Positions 18,370 through 30,959 of a stretch of 64,000 nucleotides of DNA are shown here, in pieces. The notes below the pieces were generated by a model. That model saw only the letters and a program-made list of their open reading frames with translations. It searched no databases and was not told the DNA's origin. The stretch is taken from the NCBI GenBank assembly GCA_963789835.1, contig CAWBMF010000004.1, positions 128,319-192,318 on the forward strand, in the 5' to 3' direction. A program made the position numbers and the translations under genes. The stretch is from an uncultured delta proteobacterium. GTDB taxonomy: Bacteria; Desulfobacterota; Binatia; Binatales; Binataceae. Positions within the stretch are counted from its first letter, which is position 1; every line of letters starts with the position of its first letter.

Positions 18370-19374
18370 TTAGCGCTTGAGCGCCGCCACTCGCGACTCG
18401 ACGAAATCTATAACCTTGCCCTCCAGGTTCGCGCCGTCGAGCCGGTCGATCTCCTGCACTCCGGTCGGACTCGTCACGTTCACTTCGGTCAGGTAGTCGC
18501 CGATAATGTCGAGGCCGACGAAGTACAGGCCGTCGCGCTCGAGCCGCGGCTTCAGCATCGCGCAGATTTCGCGATCGCGCTCCGTCAGCGGCGCCTTCAC
18601 ACAATTGCCGCCGACATGGATGTTGCCGCGATTCTCGTCGTCGCGCGGCACCCGCAGCATGCATCCGAGCGGCTGGCCGTCGAGCACGATCAGCCGCTTG
18701 TCGCCGATGCGCGCCTCCGGCAGATAGCGCTGCGCCATGATTAGCCGCGACTCGAACTGCGTCACCGTTTCGAGAATCGTGCCGATGTTGCGATCCTTGG
18801 TCGTCACCAGGAACACGCCTTCGCCGCCGTGCCCGTCGAGCGGCTTGACGATCATTTCGCCGCCCTGCTCGTCGAGAAAGGTTTTCAGCCGCGGAATTTC
18901 ATAGGTCACCAGCGTCGGCGGAATCGCGTCGGGAAAATTCAGCGCGTAGAGCTTCTCGTTGGCCTCGCGCAGGCCCGCCGGATTATTCAGCACGAAGGTG
19001 CGATGGCTGTCGGCCAGGCTGAGCAGCATCGTCGCGTAAAGATAGGCCGCATCGGCGGGCGGGTCCTTGCGCATGAATACCGCGTCGAAGGTCTCGAGGG
19101 GATACTCGCCGGCGTCGTCCAGAAATTTGTAGTGCGGGTCCTTCCGCATCAGTTCGCATCGCCGCGCCCGCGCGATCACATGCGGACCGCGCGCGTAGAG
19201 ATCGCGCAAGCCGAGGAAATAGATCTCGTGACCGCGGAATTGCGCCTCGAGCATGAACACGAAGGTCGTGTCCTTGTCGACCAGCACGCGCTCGAGAGGA
19301 TCCATGATGAAGGCAAATTTATGCGCCTCCCTTTTCCTCACCTTCTGCACCTTCGTCGCTTGACCCTTGCTCAT
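18370..19374 (-). CDS. gshB: glutathione synthetase (prokaryotic ATP-grasp)
   Basis: ..FAFIMDPLERVLVDKDTTFVFMLEAQFRGHEIYF.. aligns to the E. coli GshB N-terminus. The ATP-grasp C-terminal half is present. The start is uncertain: the ORF Met at 19374 gives a 56-nt overlap with rsmE, and the internal MDP Met at 19305 is the alternative. Confidence 0.85.
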   Translation of the reverse strand: MSKGQATKVQKVRKREAHKFAFIMDPLERVLVDKDTTFVFMLEAQFRGHEIYFLGLRDLYARGPHVIARARRCELMRKDPHYKFLDDAGEYPLETFDAVFMRKDPPADAAYLYATMLLSLADSHRTFVLNNPAGLREANEKLYALNFPDAIPPTLVTYEIPRLKTFLDEQGGEMIVKPLDGHGGEGVFLVTTKDRNIGTILETVTQFESRLIMAQRYLPEARIGDKRLIVLDGQPLGCMLRVPRDDENRGNIHVGGNCVKAPLTERDREICAMLKPRLERDGLYFVGLDIIGDYLTEVNVTSPTGVQEIDRLDGANLEGKVIDFVESRVAALKR

Positions 19375-20089
19375 CGTGAAGTAACCCCGCCGCTATGCTG
19401 ATGGCTCCCAGAGCCGCTGTCTCGCTCCTGAGGCGATTCGGGCCGAGCCCGGCCGCAACGAATCCCGCGTTGGCGGCCTGCGCGCGCTCGGCCTCGTCGA
19501 AATCGCCCTCAGGGCCGACCGCTATCAATATCGCACGCGGATGCGCGCGTCGAATCACAGAGGCGAGCGGCGTAGCCCCTTGCGCGCAGATTACGGCGAG
19601 CGTAGCGGGCGGCACGCCGCGAATCATCTGGTCGACGCCCAGCGGAGCGCGCACCTCCATCGCGTCGGCGGACTGGCTCTGCTTGGCCGCGGTGAGCGCC
19701 AGCCGGTTCCATCGCGCGAGACGCTCGGCGCCGGGCGATCGGACCAGTCCGCGCGCGCAGACTAAAGGCCATAGCTCGGACGCACCCAACTCGGCCGCCT
19801 TCTCGACGATGAAATCCATTCGCGGGCCTTTGATGATTGCGGCGGCGAGGATGATTCGAGTCGTGACGGGCGCGGGTGACGATGATTCGATGCGAACGAT
19901 GGCGCGGTCGCGTTCGTAGCGCTCGATCACTCCGCGATGCTCGACGCCGGCCGGATCGAGCATCGCCACGCGCGCGCCGGCTGCCAGCCGCAGCACGGCG
20001 CGCATGTGATGCAGCTCGGCGCCCTCGACCTGCGCGATCCGGCTCGCGTCGGGCGCGCGTGCGATCGAGAAACGTCGCGTCGTGGGCAT
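19319..20089 (-). CDS. rsmE: 16S rRNA (uracil1498-N3)-methyltransferase
   Basis: 256 aa starting MPTTRRFSIA. RsmE PUA-like N-domain and SPOUT C-domain (..ILIAVGPEGDF..). The start overlaps the prmA stop (ATGA). Confidence 0.8.
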   Translation of the reverse strand: MPTTRRFSIARAPDASRIAQVEGAELHHMRAVLRLAAGARVAMLDPAGVEHRGVIERYERDRAIVRIESSSPAPVTTRIILAAAIIKGPRMDFIVEKAAELGASELWPLVCARGLVRSPGAERLARWNRLALTAAKQSQSADAMEVRAPLGVDQMIRGVPPATLAVICAQGATPLASVIRRAHPRAILIAVGPEGDFDEAERAQAANAGFVAAGLGPNRLRSETAALGAISIAAGLLHDEQGSSDEGAEGEEKGGA

Positions 20090-20883
20090 CAGCGGGGCGC
20101 TCGCGCCATCACGGCCGTGGTCCATCCGCGATGGACCTTGCGGCTGAGGCATCGCAGCGGCGAGCGGTAGTGACTCAATACTTCGTCGGCTTCGTCGGCG
20201 AGAAAACCGCCGAGGACCAGGCGTCCGCCGGGTGCGACGATTCGCTTCAGATGCGGCGCCAGCTCGATCAGCGTGTGGCTCAGGATGTTGGCCGTGATCA
20301 GATCGAAGTGGCGATGAATCGAAAGGAGCGGCACCGGCGAGAAGCGGATCGATTTCTCGACGCCGTTGAGGCGCGCGTTGACGCGCGCATTCTCGAGCGC
20401 CGTCGTATCGATGTCGACGGCGATTATTTCGCAATTGCGCTTGCCGAGCAGCGCCGCGGCGATTGCCAGCACACCCGAGCCGGTGCCCGCGTCGAGGATC
20501 GACCTCGGCGCATGCGCGGCGACGATAGATTCGAGCGCGCGCAGTGCGCCCGCCGTCGTCGGATGATGGCCGGTGCCGAAGGCGCGCGCGGGCTGCACCA
20601 CGATTGTCGTGCGGCCGGGTTCGATTGCGCGCTTCCATGGCGGCACGATCAGAATTCGACGGCCGACGCGAAACGGGCCGAAGCGTTTCATCCACAGCGT
20701 GGACCATCCGGGGTCGACGATTCTTCGCGCGGCGCTGTCGCGGTCGACCGCGCCGTCGCCAACGGCCAGCATCCCCGCCTGCTCCATCATCAATTTGAGC
20801 CGCGCCAGATCGGCCGCCGAGATGCGGTCGAAATAAGCTTCGAGCGCGACAATCTTCTGCTCGCGCGCGCGCGGCAACTTCAT
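20089..20883 (-). CDS. prmA: ribosomal protein L11 methyltransferase
   Basis: Start at the internal Met MKLPRAREQ. The SAM-binding motif DAGTGSGVLAIAA matches the PrmA consensus (DvGcGSGILaIaa). The 76 codons upstream in the ORF overlap the promoter/rnpB side and are probably not coding. Confidence 0.8.
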   Translation of the reverse strand: MKLPRAREQKIVALEAYFDRISAADLARLKLMMEQAGMLAVGDGAVDRDSAARRIVDPGWSTLWMKRFGPFRVGRRILIVPPWKRAIEPGRTTIVVQPARAFGTGHHPTTAGALRALESIVAAHAPRSILDAGTGSGVLAIAAALLGKRNCEIIAVDIDTTALENARVNARLNGVEKSIRFSPVPLLSIHRHFDLITANILSHTLIELAPHLKRIVAPGGRLVLGGFLADEADEVLSHYRSPLRCLSRKVHRGWTTAVMARAPR

Positions 20884-21159
20884 GCCGGCGACTGCGCATC
20901 CGATCGCGCCGCCCGCGACCAATATCCCCGCGGCCTCATCGGCGAGATGCGCGTGCGTGCGGAAGATCGCTCTCGTGTAGCTTCGGCGGGAGCGGATGCG
21001 CGTAGCATATTGGTCGGGATGACTTTGGCATTCGGTTTTGGGGAAGGGCAAATCACTAATTTTGATGCGGGGCTGCGCGCCCCGCACCTGCGGCAGGGGT
21101 GACCCCTGCACCCAGTGATCGGAAGCGCGAGACCTGTCGAAAAGATGCTAGCTCTAACT

Positions 21160-21507
21160 CCGCCGGAGTGAGTCGGGCGATCGCTTCCCTTAAGTGGGAA
21201 GAGGAAAGTCCGGGCTCCATAGGGCAGGATGGCCGCTAACGGCGGCGCGGAGCGATCCGCGGAAAGTGGCACAGAAAATACACCGCCCGCGAGGGTAAGG
21301 GTGAAATGGTGGGGTAAGAGCCCACCGGCGAGCGAGCGATCGCGCGCGCATGCCAAACCCCATCCGGAGCAAGACCAAATAGGAGGCTGAGCGGCCCGCT
21401 CTTAAGGCCTCGGGTATGGTCGCATGAGCCGCCGAGCAATCGACGGCCTAGAGGAATGATCGCCGCCCGCAAGGGCACAGAACCCGGCTTACAGACTCAC
21501 TCCGGTC
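21160..21507 (+). ncRNA. rnpB: RNase P RNA, bacterial type A
   Basis: Conserved blocks GGAAAGTCCGGGCTCCATAGGGCA (P4 5' side), GTGGCACAGAAAATACACCGCC, GGGTGAAATGGTGGGGTAAGAGCCCACC, GCAAGACCAAATAGGAGG and ACAGAACCCGGCTTA (P4 3' side). P1 pairing CCGGAGTGAGTC / GACTCACTCCGG. T-run immediately downstream. Confidence 0.9.
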
Positions 21508-21559
21508 TTTTTTCAGTAGACGTGCAACCAGCGGGCATCGTGCTGGATGTCGAAGGGGA

Positions 21560-22777
21560 TCAGAGTTTCGCTGCGAGGGTCACGTTGCGGGCGGCGGACT
21601 CCAACGGTTTCAAAATCGCGGTGCCTGAAATCAAATATCGCGACACTCGCGACAGTGCTGCGAGGTCGCGGACTCCTGCTTCGATTTCGGGTGCGATCGC
21701 GAGTTTGACGCCCGGCGGAAGTTCGCGGGCGAATGCGGCGACGCGCGCGATGTCGGCAAGCACGCGATCGCGATATTCCTCGAAGTGATGGACCAGGCGG
21801 CCCAATCCGTTGGCGTCGGCACCATCTCTGCCGATCGACGATCTCAACTCCGAGATTTCCGCGAGATGACTCAGCGGACGCCCGCTGGAATCCGCGACCG
21901 CCGACCACGTCCGCTCGTCGAGGAAGCGATTGATCACGATCGCGCCGAGCTTGAGACCCTCGGCGTCCATCTGCGAGAGCAGCTCGCGCGCCTGCGCGAT
22001 GCGATCAGGCTCGGCCGTCGTGACCATCACGAATTTCACCGCCGGCGAATGCAGCAGCGCTTCAGTCTTCTGCAGGCGATCGACGATCCCGTCCATGCTG
22101 TCGGCCATCGCGGCGAAAAAATCCGTGATGGTCGAGAGCACGGTGGCGCCGGCGAAACGCTCGAGCTCGCGCACGACGAAGCGCGCCGCCTCGCTCGCGA
22201 CTCTCATTGCAATACGGCCGGCGGAGAGCGACGGCGTGAACAGCCATCGCGCCGTGCGCGAATCGAGTAATCGAATCAGCCGCGCCGGCGTCTGCAGGAA
22301 CTCGAACGAATGCGACGCGGGCGGAGTGTCGACGACTTCGAGCTCGAAGGCGCCCGCCTGATGCAGATCGTAAAGCTGCTGCAGCGCGGCGAAAGCTTCG
22401 GAGCCGGCGAACTCGGCGGTCAGGCTTTTGTAGAACGGATTGTCGAAAATTCGGCGGCGCAATGTCGGATCGGTAACGAAGCGCTCGATGATCGCGTCCC
22501 ACGCGCCCGAAACGTCGAGCATCATCGCGGACAGCTGAAGCTTGCCGTCGAGTCCGGCCGCCGCAAGCTGTCGCGCACCGATTCGCGTCGGCTGGCCGCC
22601 GAGGCGCGCGAGCCCGAGCGCGTCGCGCAGCCGCTCCGACGGATCGACGGTAATCACTGCAGTGTTGAGGCCGGCGGAGGCGCCCGCGAGCGCGAGTGCG
22701 GCGGCAACAGTCGTCTTACCGACGCCGCCGGTGCCGAGCAGAATCGGAATCGAGCCTTTGCTGAGGAGATCTTTCAA
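21560..22777 (-). CDS. ArsA/GET3-family (anion-transporting ATPase-like) P-loop ATPase
   Basis: Deviant Walker A GTGGVGKTT at the N-terminus. ~405 aa, single-ATPase-domain ArsA-like architecture. Confidence 0.7.
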   Translation of the reverse strand: MKDLLSKGSIPILLGTGGVGKTTVAAALALAGASAGLNTAVITVDPSERLRDALGLARLGGQPTRIGARQLAAAGLDGKLQLSAMMLDVSGAWDAIIERFVTDPTLRRRIFDNPFYKSLTAEFAGSEAFAALQQLYDLHQAGAFELEVVDTPPASHSFEFLQTPARLIRLLDSRTARWLFTPSLSAGRIAMRVASEAARFVVRELERFAGATVLSTITDFFAAMADSMDGIVDRLQKTEALLHSPAVKFVMVTTAEPDRIAQARELLSQMDAEGLKLGAIVINRFLDERTWSAVADSSGRPLSHLAEISELRSSIGRDGADANGLGRLVHHFEEYRDRVLADIARVAAFARELPPGVKLAIAPEIEAGVRDLAALSRVSRYLISGTAILKPLESAARNVTLAAKL

Positions 22778-22952
22778 GCAGGGTCACGATAGCAGGCGCG
22801 CGAATTGCTGTAACACCGAATGCAGAGGTCACTCAAGCGACGGAACCTTCCGACAACCGTTGTCATTTCAAGGCAGTAGGCTGTGTGCATTGAGTTCGAC
22901 GCCTCCGCTCTCGACGGTTACAATCGTGGGCGGATGGTGTGGAGGTGGCTTG

Positions 22953-24221
22953 ATGGATTCGGAAATGGTTGCGGCAGCGTTGGTTGTTCTGAGCGTCTTG
23001 TCGATTGCGGGGTTTCTGATCGTAATCGCCAGGCTGCGCTCGCTCCCGGCGAATGAATCCTTCGCGCAATTGGCCGAGCGGCTCGATTCGGTCGCGCGCA
23101 GTCTCGATGAAAAATTGACCCAGACGCGCACCGACCTGGCCGGCCGGCTGCAGCAGGCGCAAGGCGATCTCAACCTCGCGACGGCAGAGCGTTTGTCGAA
23201 TGGATTTCAAAGTCTCGGCACCGCCTTGCAGCAGCATCTTTCCGCCGGCCGGCAGGAGCAGGCGAACTCGCTCAAGCTGGAAATTGCGGCGCTGACGACG
23301 CAGACCAGGGACAGTATCGAAGGGATTCGCGCCGACGTCGGCGACAAACTCGCGGCGATCACGAACACCGTTCAGGTGAAGCTCGACCAGAATATCAAGG
23401 ACGGCTTCGCGCAGTTCGAAAAAGTTCAGAGCCATCTCAATGAAGCGCAGGAGCAATTGAAAAATCTAGGCGTGATCGGCGCCTCGATTAACGACCTCAA
23501 CAATTTGCTCAAGATGCCTCATCTGCGCGGACGCTTCGGCGAGCAGGGCCTCGAGCGATTGCTCGAGGATTTTCTGCCGCGGCATATGTACGACCTGCAG
23601 GCGTCGCCGGGGGGTGAGGGCTCGGGCCGCGTCGATGCGCTGATCAAGTTTCCCGATCGGAAGCTGCCGATCGATGCGAAATTTCCGCGCGAGCAGGTGC
23701 TCGCCCTGTTCGAAACCAACGATCCGCAGGCTCTGGATCAGGCGCGCGTCGAGTTCGAGCGCGTGATGAAGGAGCAGGCCAAGCGAATCGCCACTTACAT
23801 CCGGCCCGAGGCGGGCACCACCGACATGGCGCTGATGTATCTGCCGAGCGAGACGCTTTACATGGAAGCGGTGCTGAACGCGGAGCTGAGCGACTGGCTC
23901 AACAAGCGCCGCGTGTATCCGGTTTCGCCGAACACGCTGATCGTGACGCTGCAATCGATCCAGATGGTTTTCAAAATGTACGAGTACGCGAAGGGGCACG
24001 AGCGCGCGACCGAGGAATTGAAGAAGGCGCAGAACGCATTCGGGCATTTCGAAAATCAGTTCGAGGTGGTGGGCAAGTCGCTGTCGAAGGCGCAGGACGC
24101 GTTCGAAGTGGCGAAGGGCCATCTGACGAAATATCGCAATCGGGTCACGAATCTCACCGGCGAGCCGGCGCCGGAACTCGACTTTCCCGCACCGCCGAGC
24201 AACGTGCGCGAGATCGCGTAG
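22953..24221 (+). CDS. rmuC: DNA recombination protein RmuC
   Basis: GGAGGT ribosome-binding site and ATG at 22953 (MDSEMVAAALVVLSVLSIAGFLIV transmembrane helix). Long coiled-coil, then RmuC C-domain (..LPSETLYMEAV..VSPNTLIVTLQSI..). The ORF-track extension upstream to 22542 is not supported. Confidence 0.85.
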   Translation: MDSEMVAAALVVLSVLSIAGFLIVIARLRSLPANESFAQLAERLDSVARSLDEKLTQTRTDLAGRLQQAQGDLNLATAERLSNGFQSLGTALQQHLSAGRQEQANSLKLEIAALTTQTRDSIEGIRADVGDKLAAITNTVQVKLDQNIKDGFAQFEKVQSHLNEAQEQLKNLGVIGASINDLNNLLKMPHLRGRFGEQGLERLLEDFLPRHMYDLQASPGGEGSGRVDALIKFPDRKLPIDAKFPREQVLALFETNDPQALDQARVEFERVMKEQAKRIATYIRPEAGTTDMALMYLPSETLYMEAVLNAELSDWLNKRRVYPVSPNTLIVTLQSIQMVFKMYEYAKGHERATEELKKAQNAFGHFENQFEVVGKSLSKAQDAFEVAKGHLTKYRNRVTNLTGEPAPELDFPAPPSNVREIA

Positions 24222-24231
24222 TCAAGAAACC

Positions 24232-25422
24232 TTACTGCGATTCCTGGTCGGACGGGGGCGGGGGTTTCAGCTGGCTGCGTTCTTTGCCGGCGACTATCCA
24301 TCGCTCGACTTCCTGGCGTTCGCGTTTCAGGAAGCCGGCGATGGCGCGTTTCAGGTCGGGATTCGAGACGTAGTGGATGCTGCGGGTCAGCGCGGGATCG
24401 AAGCCGCGGAGCCATTTGTATTCGCCGCCGGCGCCGGGTTCGTAGCGCTGGATGCCGTGCAGAATCGAGTGCTCGATGCCGGCGTAGTAGCAGACGTTGA
24501 AGTGCAGGAAGCGGACCTCGCGGAAGCATCCCCAGTAGCGGCCGTACATCACGTTCGCTTTCGCGAGGTTGACGGCGCCGGCGATTAGCTCGCGGCCCGC
24601 GTATGCGCCGATGAAAACCATGTTGCGCTTGAACGTCTTGCGGATGAGGTCGAAAAAATCCGGGGTGAGATAGCGGCGGCCCCAGTAAAGTTTTTCGATC
24701 GTCGAGCAATAGATCTGGTACATCTCGCCGAACATCTTGTCGGGGATTTCTTCGCCGGCGACGACGCGGATGTGCACGCCCTGTTCGTCCATCGCGGCGC
24801 GCTCGTGGCGGACTGCGGTGCGGCGCTTGTGTTTGAGGCGGTTGAGGTAGTCGTCGAAGGTCGTGAAGCCGGCGTTGTGCCAATGGTACTGATAGCCGAG
24901 GCGTTCCATGAATCCGATCGGCGCGAGTGCGGCGGCTTCGTCGGGCGCGCAGAAGTTTACGTGCACGCTCGAGAGCTTGTTGTCCTCGCAAATCGACGTG
25001 AGCGCGAGGCCGAGCAGATTGATGAGGCCGGCGCGATCGGCGCCCGGTGCGGTGAGAAATCGACGACCCGTGTGAGGCGTGAACGGAACGCCGACGAGAA
25101 TTTTCGGGAAGTAGCGAATGCCGGCGCTCTCGGCCGCGTCGGCCCATCCGTGGTCGAAGACGAACTCGCCCATGCTGTGCGTTTTGAGGTAGAGCGGGCA
25201 GGCGGCGACGATTTGTTTGCGCGGACCCTGGCGCACGACCAGATGGTACGGGGCCCATCCGGTGTCGCGCGCGGCCGAGCCGGATTGTTCCATCGCGCGC
25301 AGCCAGTCCCATTCGACGAACGGCGAGTCGTCGGGCGCGAGCAGGCCGTCCCACGCGGCGCGCGGGATTTTTTCGATGCCCTCGACGATGGCGACGTCGA
25401 GGCGTGGCGCGGAGTCATTCAT
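24232..25422 (-). CDS. GNAT-fold FemAB-like/BioF2-like acyltransferase domain protein (PF04339-type)
   Basis: 396 aa. The architecture resembles the DUF482/peptidoglycan-bridge-formation-like family. No catalytic assignment possible from sequence. Confidence 0.55.
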   Translation of the reverse strand: MNDSAPRLDVAIVEGIEKIPRAAWDGLLAPDDSPFVEWDWLRAMEQSGSAARDTGWAPYHLVVRQGPRKQIVAACPLYLKTHSMGEFVFDHGWADAAESAGIRYFPKILVGVPFTPHTGRRFLTAPGADRAGLINLLGLALTSICEDNKLSSVHVNFCAPDEAAALAPIGFMERLGYQYHWHNAGFTTFDDYLNRLKHKRRTAVRHERAAMDEQGVHIRVVAGEEIPDKMFGEMYQIYCSTIEKLYWGRRYLTPDFFDLIRKTFKRNMVFIGAYAGRELIAGAVNLAKANVMYGRYWGCFREVRFLHFNVCYYAGIEHSILHGIQRYEPGAGGEYKWLRGFDPALTRSIHYVSNPDLKRAIAGFLKRERQEVERWIVAGKERSQLKPPPPSDQESQ

Positions 25423-25554
25423 TGCGATTCAGAACGGTCAAAATATCAGAGTTGTGGCAACCGAAGCGATTTGTTCCGATGCTCACTAGGCATCGGCGAA
25501 TTTGTTATTATATTTAGCAGACGGGGCGAGGCGCTCCGAGCTAACAGAGGTGCG

Positions 25555-25929
25555 ATGGCGGATTTCGTGCGCAAAATCGTGGCGCGAACCACCGACGGCG
25601 ACGGCAATGGCGACGGCCGCTCCGGCGACGGCGATATCGTTACCGAGCGCAAGACCCGCACCAAGTCGAAGACCGCCAAGCCGCCGCTCTACAAGGTGAT
25701 TTTGCTCAACGACGATTACACGCCGATGGAATTCGTGGTCGAGGTGCTGAAGGCGGTGTTTCACAAGCCGCATGCGGACGCGACGCGAATCATGCTGCAC
25801 GTGCATCAGAACGGCATGGGAGTGGCGGGCGTTTATCCATACGAAGTCGCGGAGACCAAGACGCATACGGTCGAAGAGCTCGCGCGGCAGGCCGAGTATC
25901 CACTGAAATGCGTGATGGAAAAGGAGTAG
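25555..25929 (+). CDS. clpS: ATP-dependent Clp protease adaptor ClpS
   Basis: MADFVRK..; core [20 protein letters not shown] is the canonical ClpS motif. Sits immediately upstream of clpA. The coordinate follows the ORF-track frame; the ATG appears at 25553 in the printed text. Confidence 0.9.
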   Translation: MADFVRKIVARTTDGDGNGDGRSGDGDIVTERKTRTKSKTAKPPLYKVILLNDDYTPMEFVVEVLKAVFHKPHADATRIMLHVHQNGMGVAGVYPYEVAETKTHTVEELARQAEYPLKCVMEKE

Positions 25930-25944
25930 CAGGCGATATCATCG

Positions 25945-28293
<2,349 letters not shown>

Positions 28294-28317
28294 GCGAAGA
28301 ATACAACTGTGTAACGA

Positions 28318-28359
28318 CGGAGGCGTCAGGGAGATTTCCCTGGCGCCTCTGTGTTTTTG
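28318..28359. terminator. bidirectional rho-independent terminator between convergent clpA and leuS
   Basis: GGAGGCGTCAGGGA-gattt-TCCCTGGCGCCTC stem (12/13 bp) followed by TGTGTTTTTGG. Confidence 0.6.
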
Positions 28360-28370
28360 GCGATCAGATG

Positions 28371-30806
28371 CTAGGCGACGATGCTTAGCATTTTGTCTTT
28401 TACGAAGATGAATTTTGTCGGGGTCTTGCCGGCCAGGTGGCGGATTACCGACTCGCTCTTCAGGGCCAGTTCGCGGACGACGGCTTCTGAAGTGCCGGCG
28501 GCGACTTCGAGGCGGTCGCGGACCTTGCCGTTGATCTGCACGATGATCGTTACCATTTCATCGCGCGCCAGCTTCGGATCGAACTTCGGCCACGGCTCGA
28601 GATGAACGGAAGTATTGTGGCCGAGCGCGCGCCAGATTTCTTCGGTGACGTGCGGGGCCATCGGCGCGAGCATCAGGATGAAGCTCTCGACGGCGAAGCG
28701 GCCCATCTCCTCGGGCTTGAGCTTCGCCAGGTAGTTCAGCTGATCCATCATCGCTGCCAGCGCAGTATTGAATCGCAGACGCTCGATGTGATCGGTCACC
28801 AGCTGAATCGTTTTGTGCGCGCGCTTCAGCGTTTCTTCAGTGGGATTGCCGGCTGGGCTCCCGGCGTCGACGTAGCGCCGCAGCATCATCCACACGCGTG
28901 TGATGAATCTGAGAGTGCCGGCGACGCCGCTCTCGTTCCAGTTGGTCGCCTCGTCGAAGGGGCTCATGAACAGCTCCCAGAGCCGCAGCGCGTCGGCGCC
29001 GTACTTGTCGATCATCGCGTCGGGCGTGACGACGTTGCCCTTGCTCTTCGACATTCGCTGTCCGTCAGAAGCCCACACGACGCCCTGGTTGCGGAGCGCG
29101 GGGAACGGTTCGTCGAATCCGATCAGCTCTTCGTCGAACATCACCTTGGTCCACATCCGCGCGTAGAGCAGATGCATCACGGCGTGCTCGGCGCCGCCGA
29201 CGTAGAGGTCGACCGGCAGCCAGTAATCGACGGCGCGGCGATCGAACGGGCGGCGGTCTTCGTGCGGCGAGGCGAAGCGCAGGAAGTACCATGACGAGCA
29301 GGCGAAGCCGTCGAGCGTGTCGGTCTCGCGCTCGGCCGGGCCGCCGCACTTCGGGCAGGTCGTGTTGACGAACTCTTTCACATTCGCGAGCGGAGAGCGG
29401 CCGGTGCCCGAGGGCAGATAATCCTTCATCGGAGGAAGCAGCACGGGCAGTTGGTCTTCCGGGACCGGAACGATGCCGTCGGTCTTGCAGTACACGATCG
29501 GAATCGGACAACCCCAGTAGCGCTGACGCGAGATCAGCCAGTCGCGCATACGGTAGTTGATCGTCGCGCGGCCGATGCCGTGCTCCTCGGCGTACTTTGC
29601 CACGGCGGCGATCGCTTCGGCCGTCGTCTTGCCGTTGAGGAAGCCGGAGTTGATCGCGACGCCGTGATCGGAGAACGCGCGATCGGCCGGCGGCGTGCTG
29701 CCGTCGGCAGGCGCGGTCACGCGCGGAATCTCGAGGCCGAAGTTCTTCGCGAATTCGAAATCGCGCTGATCCTCGCCGGGCGCGGCCATGATTGCGCCGG
29801 TGCCGTAGCCCATCAGCACGTAGTCGGCGATCCAAATCGGGATGTCTTTGTCGGTGAAGACGTTGTGCGCGTAGGCGCCGGTGAAGACGCCGGATTTTTC
29901 CTTGACCGTGGACATCCGCTCGATTTCAGTCTGGCGGCGCGCCTCGGCGACGTAGGCTTCGACCTTCGCGCGTTGCGCTGGAGTAGTGATCTCCGCGACC
30001 AGCGGATGCTCGGGCGCGAGCACCATGAACGATACGCCGAAGACGGTGTCGGGACGCGTCGTGAAAAAGCGGACTTCTTTATTCGAATGACCGGCGACGG
30101 GGAAGGCGAGTTCGGCGCCTTCGCTGCGGCCGATCCAGTTGCGCTGCATCAGCTTGATCGGCTCGGGCCAATCGATGCCGTCGAGATCGGCGAGCAACCG
30201 ATCGGCGTAGTCGGTGATCTTGATGTACCACTGCTCGAGATCTTTTTTGGTGACGGGGTTGTCGGTATGCCGCCAGCAGCATCCGTTGATGACCTGTTCG
30301 TTGGCGAGAATGGTCTGGCACTTGTCGCACCACCATTGCGCGCCGTTCGCGCGGTAGGCGAGGCCGCGCTTCAGGAGCATCAGGAAGAACCATTGCGTCC
30401 ACCTGTAGTACTCCGGCGATGACGAATTTATTTCGCGCGACCAATCGTAAGCGCAGCCGGAGATGGTGAGCTGGCGCTTGAAGTTGGCGGCGTAGCGCGG
30501 GACGGTTTCGGTCGGATGCGATCCTTTGAGGATCGCTTCGTTCTCTGCGGGCAAGCCGAACGCGTCCCATCCCATTGGATGCAGCACGTTGAATCCCGCC
30601 ATCCGCTTGTAGCGGCCGACGACGTCGCACGGCACGTAGTTGTGCAGATGGCCGACGCTGAGGCCGGCGCCGGACGGGTAGGGGAACATCTCGAGGATGT
30701 AGAATTTCGGGCGGCTGGGATCCTCGCGCGTCAGGTAAAGATTGGTGCGGTCCCATTCGGCCTGCCACGCCGGCTCGATTTTCTTTGGGTCGTAGCGTTC
30801 ATCCAT
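28371..30806 (-). CDS. leuS: leucine--tRNA ligase
   Basis: 811 aa. HIGH (HLHNYV/..GHLHNY) and KMSKS (RMSKSKGN) motifs. CP1 editing domain. Confidence 0.95.
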   Translation of the reverse strand: MDERYDPKKIEPAWQAEWDRTNLYLTREDPSRPKFYILEMFPYPSGAGLSVGHLHNYVPCDVVGRYKRMAGFNVLHPMGWDAFGLPAENEAILKGSHPTETVPRYAANFKRQLTISGCAYDWSREINSSSPEYYRWTQWFFLMLLKRGLAYRANGAQWWCDKCQTILANEQVINGCCWRHTDNPVTKKDLEQWYIKITDYADRLLADLDGIDWPEPIKLMQRNWIGRSEGAELAFPVAGHSNKEVRFFTTRPDTVFGVSFMVLAPEHPLVAEITTPAQRAKVEAYVAEARRQTEIERMSTVKEKSGVFTGAYAHNVFTDKDIPIWIADYVLMGYGTGAIMAAPGEDQRDFEFAKNFGLEIPRVTAPADGSTPPADRAFSDHGVAINSGFLNGKTTAEAIAAVAKYAEEHGIGRATINYRMRDWLISRQRYWGCPIPIVYCKTDGIVPVPEDQLPVLLPPMKDYLPSGTGRSPLANVKEFVNTTCPKCGGPAERETDTLDGFACSSWYFLRFASPHEDRRPFDRRAVDYWLPVDLYVGGAEHAVMHLLYARMWTKVMFDEELIGFDEPFPALRNQGVVWASDGQRMSKSKGNVVTPDAMIDKYGADALRLWELFMSPFDEATNWNESGVAGTLRFITRVWMMLRRYVDAGSPAGNPTEETLKRAHKTIQLVTDHIERLRFNTALAAMMDQLNYLAKLKPEEMGRFAVESFILMLAPMAPHVTEEIWRALGHNTSVHLEPWPKFDPKLARDEMVTIIVQINGKVRDRLEVAAGTSEAVVRELALKSESVIRHLAGKTPTKFIFVKDKMLSIVA

Positions 30807-30959
30807 TCGGATAATCTCAATTGAGCAAGTGTAGCGTGCCGGTGGGGGGCGCTCAAAGGTGGCTCGCGCAGCGCGAGCGACTCAGGAGACCGGAACCGGC
30901 TTCGCTCGCGCGAAGCTGTCCGAGATCCTTCCTCCCGTCGCGTTGCTCCCGTCGTCAGG

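Noticed and set aside
25440-25625. Printed sequence appears 2 nt out of register with the ORF-track coordinates (ATG of clpS read at 25553 versus 25555; duplicated tc at the 25620/25621 line boundary)
   Set aside because: I cannot tell whether this is a formatting artefact or my hand-indexing error. ORF-track coordinates are internally consistent (lengths divisible by 3), so they were used. Local coordinates may be off by up to 2 nt.
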